Part shown: positions 1-10,071 of the stretch, in pieces
Numbering within the stretch: position 1 is the first letter of the stretch
How the letters are laid out: each line of letters opens with the position of its first letter
Assembly (NCBI GenBank): GCA_001275005.1
Contig: JWZX01002867.1
Span: forward strand, 1 to 38,411
DNA length: 38,411 nt
Direction: 5' to 3'
From: Chrysochromulina tobinii
Taxonomy: Eukaryota
The notes under the pieces: generated by a model
Databases searched by the model: none
Told to the model about the DNA's origin: nothing
The model's input: only the letters and a program-made list of their open reading frames with translations
Position numbers and translations under genes: made by a program

Positions 1-51
<51 letters not shown>

Positions 52-540
52 AGGCGGCGCGACGGCTGGTGAACGTGGCGGTCCGGCTGCGGGCGGCGGT
101 GCGAAGACGCTTGGCAGCGGCACGACAACGGTCGGAGCTGCAATCGGCAGCCGAAGCAACAACGGTCGGCCGCCAAGAGCTAGTGCTTCATCGAGCAGCC
201 CCTCGGCGCTGTCCAACTTCTGGCTGAGGCCCAACGCAACTTTCGAGGGAGCTCCGCACAGCTCCGGTAACGTGCGCTCGATTGCATCGAGCAAACGACG
301 CAAGCTCTTGATCTTGAGCGACGCTTGCGCAAGAGGTAGCAGCCGCTCAACATTCGCCCGGCCGCAGATCTCAACCATCCTCTCACAGACCGTGTTGCCA
401 TCAACGCTGCCAGAACGCAGCGCCCGAACGATCAGGTCGAGAGACCGCACACCGAGTCCGTCGAGAGTGATAGTCTTGCATTCGATGTTGTGCTGCAAAA
501 GCGTGTAGAGAGCCTCGACGAGCTCGCCGCAGATGGACAT
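1..540 (-). CDS. Hypothetical protein, 3' end runs off window (MSICGELVEALYTLLQHNIECK... into poly-Pro)
   Basis: ATG at 540-538; hand translation stays open to position 1 and ends in (CCG)n poly-Pro. Not in the ORF track because no stop lies in the window. Divergent from Spt3. Confidence 0.55.
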
Positions 541-683
541 GGTGCCCCTGCTTTAAGCAAGGAGAGTGCTGCTGCTGATGTGAAACACACGCAACACGAG
601 GGCCTCTATCGCAAGGAGAGATTGGTTACAGGAAAAGACGGCGCGTAGAGCGGTAATGGTCAATTCACAGAACGTCGCTGTCC

Positions 684-2403
684 GTGATGGAGGCCCCTAG
701 CGGCGTCGAACTCTCGTCTTTGCTGCCGCCGCCGCCCTCCGCCGCGTCGACCCACGCAAATCCCAAGATGCTGGCCACGGGCGCTGCACTGCTCCGGCAG
801 ATGCAAGAGGCGCACGCGGTAGCTCCGGCTGCGGCGCCCGCCCATCGCGCAGATCCCAAGATGCTGGCCACGGGCGCGGCCCTGCTCAAGCAAATGCAGG
901 AGGCGCACGCGGCAGCTTCGGCTCCAGCGGCCTCCTCGGCCTCGACCGAGCCCTGCGGCCGGCCTCTCATCCGCTTGGTCGCCGCGAAGGCGCGGCATCT
1001 CGAGCAGTGCGCGGTCTGCTGTGCCGCCGCCGAGGACAAGGGTGCAGGCAGCGACAGGGCCAACGTGCTCGAACGGCTGCAACGGATCCTGTACTCGTTT
1101 GGCGACGCGCCGACACCGCCGCGTGCGAGCGCACGCCTCGCTCTCGAGTTCGTGCTCGCCTGGCAACTTGCCGCCGCGCGCTCCGCATGGTTTGGAGGCG
1201 CCGTCCGCGCGGGCCGCCTGTCACTGCCAGCGCTGCAGGTAGCCTTCCCTGTGGAATGGCGGGAGTACGAGCTCGTTGAGCACGGGCGTCGGGTGAGCGA
1301 TGCGTCGTTGGAGGATGGCGCGCCAGCAGCCGAGCCCCTCGAGCCCCTCGAACTACCGGCGGACCAGGCCACGTTAACGGCCACCGCAACTTCGACGGCG
1401 GCGGCGGGCGGCGGCGGCGGCGGCGTCGGCGTGGCGGCTGGTGACGGTCCCAGCGCACTGCGCGCATCGGATAGGATGTCCGGCGTCGTCCCGGGCGCCG
1501 GCGCGTCGCCGAGCACCATCGAGCAGCGCCGCCGCTTTGCGGACGAGCGCACGCGGGCGATGAGCCTCGACGAGTGCGCGCTGAGTGCCGCCGAGTGCAG
1601 ATGAGGACCTCTTGATTGCCTATGGCCGAGTGCAGATGAGGACCTCTTGATTGCCTATGGCCGAGTGCAGATGAGGACCTCTTGATTGCCTATGGTGGCC
1701 ATCCAAGTGCCTCTTGATGGGCACTCTAATTAGCACTGGCGGCATCGACGTGCCACCTTTCTCTGGTCCCGGAGTATCCTTGACGAAACACTGACGACCA
1801 CCCTTCGCGGCCTTTCTCAGGTACACTGAGTTCACGGCTCATCGAGAGACCGGCCTGAGCAACGGCGCGTTCCTTCGGTTGAGCGCCCGTCACCTGTCAG
1901 AATTCGTCACCGACTGGGCGGGGTACGAGCAGCGCACGAACAACCGCGATTTGCCATCGAAGCACGGAGGGTGCCCGCATAGGAGGGCGGTGCTCTTCTT
2001 CCTCAAGCTCAGCCTGTGCCGCGTCGCGGACCTCGTCGAGCGAGCGAACCAACTCGCTCACGATGGCGCGCTCTGCCGCACAGACGCACCGCTCCCGATA
2101 GGAGCTTATGAGAGGGCGGCGCGAGAGCTCCTCAGCGAGGCGGAGGCGACGATGGTGGCGCTGCCGACGGCGCCGGTTGTGGCAGCGCCCACGAGGGCGA
2201 CGCACCTACCGGTAGCGCTGCCGCCTCTCACCGCCGGGCCGCCTCCGGTCTTCTTGCCAACGAAGAAACGGGCGTACTCTGTGAGGGCCGAGGCGCCGCA
2301 GGTCGTGGGCGAGATACGATCGGAGTTGGATGAGTTGGGCCTCACGGTGCTCGGCTCTCACGGTCAGGAACCAGGAGCGCGCAGCAGCCGCCGGCTTTTG
2401 TAG
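684..2403 (+). CDS. SPT3: SAGA subunit Spt3/SUPT3H-like histone-fold protein; exons 684-1573, 1821-2403
   Basis: LQRILYSFGDAPTP resembles the Spt3/TAF13-like N-terminal histone fold. Splicing GT-AG intron 1574-1820 restores RRRFADERTRAMSLDEYTEFTAHRE, matching the Spt3 ADERT..M..EEY motif. Exon phases agree. Confidence 0.78.
1591..1695 (+). repeat. Intronic tandem repeat, 3 x 35 bp (ccgagtgcagatgaggacctcttgattgcctatgg)
   Basis: Three identical units read directly inside the Spt3 intron. Confidence 0.95.
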
Positions 2404-2680
2404 GACTCGACCCTCACCCGGTCCCGACCGGCAACCACCTGCGCCGCGTGGCGGACGGCTCGGCGCGCCGAACGTGCCGATGGTCGATAACCGGCCGCGG
2501 GGGCGCGTCCGAGAATCGCTGACTGTTTTTATTGATTTATTCTAGAGTTTGAGGGCGGGCGGCGGCGCATGCTATTCGAATTGACGTGACGTAACTATAC
2601 AGCGGCGAATACACACCCGGACTACGTCTACGAGGCTTGCGTCCACATCCACTTGAGCAAGCGCCATTCAGCTCCGCCAC

Positions 2681-3256
2681 TCACTTCCACTGCCATGGAT
2701 CCTTTTGGCGCTCGCGGTCCTCACGATCGATCTGGAGGCCTTTGAGCAACCGCTCTCGCTCCACCGCAGCATCCGCCGCCGCATCCGCCCCATTCTGCCT
2801 CGATACCTCCTTGAGCTTGGCGAGCTTTTGCGCCGCCGCCGTATTCTCCTGCTGGCGCGCCTCCTCCTTGGCTTTATAGTCCATCTCAAAGCGGTGCTTC
2901 ACGACGGCCTTGAGGATGGCCTTCGCCTCGACGAGCGGTGCGCTCAGGGGGTCGGCAAGCACGAAGGTGGCATCCTCGGTGCCCTCGCCCTCCTCCACGA
3001 AGCCAGCAGCCTTGAGCAGCCGCACGGCACCCTTGGCGTTCGACAGCTTCTCCTGGAAAGCCTTGGCGCCGCGGCGGATGCGGCGATACTTGTCCTCGCC
3101 TGGATGCTGCACGACGTTCTTCAGGATCGCGTACAGCGTCTCTGTCGCGAGCTGGAAGACGGCGGAGTCGTTGAGCAGCAGGATACGGCACGCCTCCTCG
3201 AGCGCGGCGGTGTGCGCGGAGGTGCCCGCAGTGGGTGGCGGCGGCGGCGGCGGCAT
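2681..3256 (-). CDS. PUB-domain protein (p97/Cdc48 cofactor type), 191 aa
   Basis: LYAILKNVVQHPGEDKYRRIR...AFQEKL...GAVRLLKAAGF is the PUB domain signature, followed by a coiled-coil tail. Confidence 0.85.
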   Translation of the reverse strand: MPPPPPPPTAGTSAHTAALEEACRILLLNDSAVFQLATETLYAILKNVVQHPGEDKYRRIRRGAKAFQEKLSNAKGAVRLLKAAGFVEEGEGTEDATFVLADPLSAPLVEAKAILKAVVKHRFEMDYKAKEEARQQENTAAAQKLAKLKEVSRQNGADAAADAAVERERLLKGLQIDREDRERQKDPWQWK

Positions 3257-3565
3257 TTTTGCGCGACTCCTTGGGTCGTGGTTGGTGTTGGCCGCCCGCC
3301 TTGCGCGTTCCTATGCGGGGCGAAGGCGTCTTGCGGCCGCCGCGAGCGCTTGTGCCGTTTGTTACCGGTAAGCTCCAGTTTGCAAGCGCGCGGGTCTCGA
3401 AAGTGATCCTCCGTCAAGTCAAGTCATCCCACCTCACGCGAGGAAGAAAAAGAATGTGCATGCCACACGCCCAGATAACAGTGCCCTGCCAGGCGCGGCG
3501 CGCGCCTGTGCGAGAGGCCTCACGAGACAGACCCAACAGCCCACATGGCAAGGTCCAAGGAGAGC

Positions 3566-5684
3566 TTATCTCGGCGCGAGATCCCTGGAGGAACACCCCA
3601 AGTCGGGCGAGCTGCGCGGCAGTGCGCGCCGTACGCTCGCTCGCTCACTCCCCGAACTCAGTTGCCACCTAATGAGTCACTTAATCAGGCTTGGTGAAGG
3701 ACTCAGTCACCTAATGAGTCACTCACTCAGGCTTGGTGAAGGAGAAGAGGCGGAGGGAGTTGAGCATCTGGCGCACGTTATCCTGGTAGAGGACCGAGGA
3801 GTTGGTCAGCGTGGGCACAAGGTCAGGGTCGTTGCCCTTGAGGCACTCGAACGCCGTCGAGTGCGCAATGTGGCCCTCCCTCGGCGCTTCGTCGCAGGTC
3901 ATGTGGTCATCGCTCGCGATGACCATCAGAGTGCGTCTGAATTCGACGAGCATCGATGGCCAATCGGGATCGATGGCGGCGAAGGGATCGCTCACTGCCG
4001 CCGCCGCCGCCTCCTCCGCCTCCTCGTCGTAGCCCGTCGCACCCTCGCCATAGGTCTCCGGCTTCACCGCCAGGCGCAGCATCGCCTTCGACGGCCCACG
4101 AGACTGGCACCATTTGGAATTCGTCAGATAGTAACGGCAGAGGAGCGCGCACAGATCGGACGAGATCTGCTCCTCGAGGCTGAGCCGTTTGGGCGTCACG
4201 CGCTCGAGCGGCAGCGCGTCCGAGTCCTTGGGGCACAAGTTGATGCCGCAGGCACGCAGACGCAGCAGCAGCACCGGCGCGGGCATCGGCGCTGAGCTGA
4301 GCAGGTGCGCCGTTTGCGGCAGCGCGGGCGCCTTCAGAGAGACGCCCCGCGCGCTCATGCTGAAGTGCAGCTCGAAGCGCTGCGTGTGCACGAACAGGTC
4401 GCCGCTCGACCCGCCGCGCGGCGAGAAGAGCCAGCGCTTGTAAGGTAGCTCAAGGTGCGTGGGCTGCAGCAGGGTGAGCGACGTGTTCACGTTGAGCGTG
4501 TCGAACGCGAGCGTGCGCGTCTCGGGGTCATACGTCACGTCGGCAATGCCGTCGGTCTTCCACGTGCCCTGGTCTACCGTCGCGCCGTCCTCGCCCGTCG
4601 GCTGCACGTCCGCCTGCCAGTAGCCCACCTCCGGCTTCAGCCCCTCGCCCATCAGTACCGTCTCCGGCAGCACGTACGTTACGCGCAGCGGCGGCGCGGA
4701 CGTAGGCAGCGAGCCATCAGCGGCGCGGATGGGGTACTCGGTGCGCACGACGCCGGTGCTCATCTCGGTCACCGCGCGCATCGTGTACCCCTTCACCTTC
4801 TTCGAAGGCGGCGGCAAGCCGAGCAAATCAATCTTCAGAACGCCTCCGAGCGCCATGAGCGTGGCGGCGGCGCGCGCCTCCTCTGATGCATACGGCGAGA
4901 CGACGTCGTCGTCGTACTGGGTGACGCGCACCGCGCACGAGGCGAGCGCGAGCGCCTTGGGCAGCTCCACCGTCACGCTCAGCCCCCCAAACTCGATGGC
5001 CTTCATCCGAGGGTTCTTCGCGAGGTTGACCCAAAGGCCAAAGCGGCATCCCTCCGCAGGCAGTGTGACGAGGCAGCTCTGCGTCTCGCGGTTGTAGTAC
5101 TCCTCGGCGCGCAGGATGAACTCGGCGGTCGAGCTGTCGAGCTTGTGCCCGATCTCGGCGATCAGCGCCTTCTGCAGCTCCATCTGCCACTTGTGCTGCT
5201 TGAGCGTCGCCGGGGTGCCACGTGAGTACGCGTACACCGAGTCGAGCAGCAGCGCGCGCATGAGAATCATGCCCGAGGTGCAATCCGGCAGCGCCGTCCA
5301 AAGCGTGCCCGCCGGCTTCTCCTTCCACGTCGTGACGTACTCGTTCACCACGCCCTCCTTCTTGACATCGGGCAGGTCCTCGCACGCGAGGTACGTTTTC
5401 CACTCCTTGTCCTTGTTCAGCTGCGTGATCTCGTTCTCGAGCTCGTGGGAGAGCTGGGCGTACAGGCCCTTGTTGGCTTCCGTCTCCTCCTCGAACCGCG
5501 CGTCGAGCTCCGCGAGCAGCGCCGCCTCGGCCGCCTTCCGCTCAGCCTCCGCCTTTTCACGTGCGGCGAGCATGGCGGCGAGCTCTGCGGCCGCCTTCTC
5601 CGCAGCGGCGGCCGCCTCGGCCGCGGCCGCGGCCTCCGCCGCCGCCTTCTCCGCCGCCTTCTCCGCCTTCGACTTGGGCGCCAT
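3566..5684 (-). CDS. DNAI7: Axonemal dynein intermediate chain DNAI7/CASC1/IC97-like; exons 5684-3727 and probable micro-exon 3584-3566
   Basis: MAPKSK start, Lys/Glu/Ala-rich N-terminus, EWKTYLACEDLPD...VNEYVTTW and GLWVNLAKNPR motifs of the Casc1 family. GTGAGT donor at 3726 and ctccag acceptor at 3585 give a KPEDLAPR* ending; unspliced, the ORF stops at 3723. Confidence 0.8.
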
Positions 5685-5890
5685 AGGTGCCCCCGGAACG
5701 AACGGCTGCTGCTGCTGCTGTGAAACACACACGCGCACAACGAACGGCTGCTGCTGCTGTTCAACACAACGCGCATTCTTAGATAGAGGACGAAATGTAC
5801 AGGAGAAGTGGTTGTTTGTTTTTCGGGACGTTTCGGGACGCTCTTCTGATCTTCGCTTCCGGCACACTCCGACGGGTGGGCGGTGCATCC

Positions 5891-8095
5891 ATGCCCTCAG
5901 CGACGACGACCGCGGCCGCGCAGGCGGCGCGCGCAAAATTTGGGCCGCCGACCCACTACCAACAAATTCCCACCGGCGGCACCGGGCTGGCGTTCGCGCA
6001 GTCCTCGAAGCCACGGCCGGCGAACGCTGCCGACGGCGGTGTCAAGGGCGTCACCCTCAAGGCGCCTGCGGGAGCGCCGCCGCCGCCGCGCCCGCCGACG
6101 CCGTCGCAGTACGCGGGCGAGGCGTCGTCGGTCGAGCACCAGAAGATTGACAACCTCAAGCAGCAGGTCGAGCTGCTCGAGTCCGAGCTGCGCACCTACC
6201 GCGAGGGCCACCTAAATGCGCTGCCGGCGGCAGCGGCGGCAGCGGTTGCGGTCGTGCCTGCCGCGGCGGCGCCCAAGGCGAGCGCCGCTGTCCAGGCGCC
6301 CAGCTCAAAGGAGCTCCAGGTGCTCGAGGCGCGCAACGACGAGCTGCGCAAGGAGGCGCTCTCGGCCAAGCTGCGCGAGCGGCGTGCGGTTGAAGAGATG
6401 GCCGAGGCGAAGGAGCTGCTCACGGAGCAGCGCGCGAAATTCACGGCGACGCGCAAGGAGCTCACGGCCGAGGTGATCGAGTACCAGCGCGAGATCGACG
6501 AGGTTACTACGGCCAAGCGCGCCCTCGAGGCCGACCTAGCCGACCTGAAGGCGGCGCTACACGAGCGCGAGGAGTTCGTGCACGGGTACGTCGGATGGCT
6601 TCTGATGGCCTCGGATGGCCTCTAATTGCCTCTAATTGCCTCGGATGGCCTCGAATTACCTCGAATTGTCTCGGATGGCCTCCAACTGCCTCTAATTACC
6701 TCGGATGGCCTCCAACTGCCTCTAATTGCCTCGGATGGCCTCCCTGATCAGATACGACAGCCAGATCAAGTTGGTATCGTCACAGCTCAAGGAGCGCGAA
6801 CAGGAGGCCGAACGCGCCGCCCTCGAGTGCGACCGCCTCCGCGCGGAGCTGAATGAGGAGCGCCTTGCGCACGCGGCTGTGCGAGAGCGATTCGAGCAGC
6901 TGCGCGCGCATCAGGAGCAGATCGTGCAGAGGAGCACGGTACGCTGCGGAGTCCGTGATGGATACTTGATGGCCTCTTGATTGAATCTGGATTGCCTCTT
7001 GAGGACCTCTTGATTGCCTCTTGAGGACCTCTTGATTGCCTCTTGAGGACCTCTGAATGGCCTCCGTGAGCTTCGATTGCCTTCCTCATCAGGCGCACGC
7101 CCAGGAGGCCGAGAGGGCGACCGTCGAGCTGCGCCTGGCGAAGCTCGCCCTCGAGGCCGAGCAGCAAGCACGCCAGAAGGCCGACGAGGACAAGACGTGC
7201 GCATGCAACAGCCCCGCATGCCACAGCCCCGCATGCAACAGCCCCGCATGCCACAGCCCCGCATGCCACAGCCCCGCATGCCACAGCCCCGCATGCCACA
7301 GCCCCGCATGCAACCGACCCTGCACTCTCTGTGGTTCCGAAGCCTGCCAGTGCTCACCACGGCGTCGACGCTTCGCTCCTTCACACCTCGCTCCTTCACA
7401 CTTCGCTCCTTCACAGGTACCTGGTCAAGGAGGCCGCGGCGCTCGAGGCGACGATGCAGGGCCTCGCCCAGTCAGCGGACTTCATCGCGCTCGAGAACGC
7501 GAAGCTCAAGCGCGAACAGTCGACGGGGCTCGTGGCCCGGGTCGTCGGACGTTTCATGGTGCGCACGATGCGCGACAAGCTCGTGGCGGCGCAGGCGGCG
7601 GAGCGCACGATGCGCTCGAACCAGGCCGAGGTGCACGCGCGTGTGGTGCAAGCGGAGCAGAAGTGTACCGCCATGGAGCGCGAGATGATGATCTCCCGCC
7701 GGCGGCAGGCCGAGCGCGACGCCGCCTACGAGCAGCAGAAGGCCGACGCGTCTGAGCTGTCGGTCGAGAACCGCATGCTGCTGGAGCGCACCGAGCAGAT
7801 GCTCGTCGACGGGCAGCGGTACGTCGCCAAGCTCGAGATGGCGGAGGCGCGCTGTATTGAGCTTGCCGCCGAGCTCGAGCTCGTGCGGGAGCGTGCCGAG
7901 CTCGACCGAGCGCTTCGGGCGCTCCGACCCGAGGATCTTGCCGCCGTCTCACGTGTCAATCATGCGCTCGCCGAGTCCATCCAGTCCTTGCTGCCGCGCC
8001 TCGAGTCGGGCAAGAAGGCGAGCGAGGGGGGCGCGCCCTATCGTGCCCACTCGGCGCCCTCGAGCGAGCGATGGACGGGCGGCTCTTACCCTTGA
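5891..8095 (+). CDS. Coiled-coil protein (~554 aa); exons 5891-6585, 6752-6938, 7093-7196, 7417-8095
   Basis: Three GT-AG introns (6586-6751, 6939-7092, 7197-7416) join the heptad-rich E/K/R/L/A ORFs in phase. Head-to-head with DNAI7, 206 bp apart. Confidence 0.72.
6590..6745 (+). repeat. Intronic decamer array (gatggcctcg / aattgcctct variants, ~30-bp higher-order period)
   Basis: Read directly in intron 6586-6751. Confidence 0.9.
7201..7313 (+). repeat. Intronic 15-bp tandem repeat gcatgc(a/c)acagcccc, 7 copies plus a partial
   Basis: Read directly in intron 7197-7416. A second 15-bp repeat (tcgctccttcaca core, 3 copies) forms the acceptor end. Confidence 0.95.
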
Positions 8096-8220
8096 GGGGG
8101 CGCCGTGGTGAGCACTTGCATGCGGCTCTTACCCTTGAGGGGGCGCCGTGGTGAGCACTTGCATGCGGCTCTTACCCTTGAGGGGGCGCCGTGGTGAGCA
8201 CTTGCTGCGGCTCTTACCCT
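8079..8220 (+). repeat. 43-bp tandem repeat spanning the stop codon of the coiled-coil gene
   Basis: Unit gcggctcttaccct + tgagggggcgccgtggtgagcacttgcat; three units plus a final gcggctcttaccct. Confidence 0.95.
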
Positions 8221-8582
8221 AGGGCGAGCGTCACGCCCGGTGCGTATTTGCGCCGCCGCGGGCGGAGGCCCGGAGGTGACCGGTGAGCTTCGTGCCTCCC
8301 GCACATGCAAGTGCTCAAGTGCTCACCACGGCGCGCGAGCGGGCCCGTCCGGCGGCGTCTCCATGGCCGTCTCCTCCCGAAGATGAAACTCGCTCCAGAC
8401 CCGCAACATGAACACCCCCGCGCCGATAGGGCCCCGGCTTCGCGCCATACCAAACAGCGTGCCGCGCTCTCTCTCGCCTCTCGGGTCTCGCGCGGTGTCC
8501 GGTGACTGACTCTGCGCGGTCGGCCGCGGCACGGCAGGGAGGCGCGGCGGTGCTGTAGAGACGACCGAGTACCGGACCACAT

Positions 8583-8618
8583 CTGTCCCGTGAGTCCCGG
8601 CTCCCGCCGGTGTTTTTG
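8583..8618 (-). repeat. Dispersed repeat copy (caaaaacaccggcgggagccgggactcacggg), inverted relative to 13551-13625
   Basis: The reverse complement closely matches 13590-13625 and 13551-13571. Confidence 0.75.
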
Positions 8619-8751
8619 TATAGGAAACAATGTTTCGACGGCGCGTTCTTTATTCGGAAAACTTGGGTGCCAATCGTGCGCACACAAGTCCCCAAGAGAG
8701 ACTGCGCCGCTCTTGCCGGGGCAGGGCTGTCTCGGCTGTGTCCTCCCAGCC

Positions 8752-10029
8752 ATGGAATATGGCATGCCACCTCCGCCGCCTTCGGCACCTCCGTCCACCG
8801 CTGCGATCACTCGGGCCATCGAGATCGCCGCCCTGGAGCTGACTCGCTCGGCGTTGAGCTCCCCTTCTCTCGAAGTGTCCTCGCGTGCACCACGCCACGT
8901 GCGAGATAAGTTCCTCAAGGCCTCTTGTGCAGGGCAAATGTCCACCGAAGAGGTCAACTCACTGGTGCGCAGCTCGTGCAAGGGTGTCCATCCGCTGGTG
9001 CAGTGCGTGACGGCGGAGCTCAGGACGGTCGTCGACCCCAGACTCGAGAGAATTCGATCCGGATGCAACGATATGCTCAAGCTGAGGGTCGCGGATGCGG
9101 TGAAGGCGATCCGCTCGCCAGCCACGGCGGCGATCTCGCCGGCCGACCATGCGAAGCGCATCATCAAGCGCATCGACGAGGCGCACGCGAAGGCCCAGGC
9201 GAAGCTCTCAGCCGTCATGACGACGAACGTGGAAGCCCAGCGCTCCTCGTGGAGCAGGCAGATTGAGCCCTTGCTTGAGCAGGGCGGGCCCGATTCCGAG
9301 TCGGTGCTCGGCCACGATCTGCTCGCGCGTGTGTGTGCCCTTGCTGTCGAGCTGCGCTGCGTCAAGGCGTACACGACCGAAGAAGCTCTCAACGCGAGGC
9401 TCACCGAGGCGGCCGCGGTCGAGGCAGGCGTAGCCGCGGCGGACATGGCTGAGGCGGTGGGCGAGCAGGCGGCTGTGGAGGAGGCGATCGCACGGCTGCG
9501 CCTGGCGCGGGACGCGGCAGAGCTCGGCGTCGCGCTCGTCGCGGCGCGAATGGCCAATGTGCCAGCGAGCGTTGTGGAGCTCGCGGAGATGAGATTGGGG
9601 GAGATGCAAGCTCTGCCGCCGACCCCCCGGGGTGCTCCACCCGTTGCGGCGCCCATTACGGCGCCTCCCGTCGCCCCTGCCGCCTCCACCGCGGCGGACG
9701 ATAGCGCCGTACCGAGCGCGCTGGCGAGGCCGGACGGCGCGCTGCCGCGGGCACTGGTTCGCCGCATGACCGAAAAGGAACGGATCGAGGCGGCGATTGC
9801 GGCGAGCCGAGTGACAGCAAGCGCGACAGCCGTGAGCGGCGCGGGCGCGGGCGGGGCAAGTGGCGCTGCTGGCGCGTGGACAGGTCACAGCCCGCCGAAC
9901 GTCTTTCACAGCCCACCGCCCGTGTCCACGACAACACCCTCTCGAGAGCAACAAATACGAGCAGCGCGCCAGAGCGTTGAGCTGCCCACGCCAGCGCCGC
10001 TCAGCCGATTCTCGACCGCGCCGAACTTG

Positions 10030-10071
<42 letters not shown>

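Noticed and set aside
5685..6014. N-terminal extension of the 763-aa ORF
   Set aside because: It overlaps the divergent gene and promoter; MAPKSK at 5684 is the more plausible start.
6787..7755. Repeat-protein ORFs (ACGAV, MRGCG, PRMPQ, ACHSP repeats)
   Set aside because: They are translations of the 15-bp intronic tandem repeat.
8214..9767. Long antisense ORFs (also 665-1552, 5116-6150, 23807-25054)
   Set aside because: These are shadow ORFs expected opposite GC-rich coding sequence and show no domain motifs.
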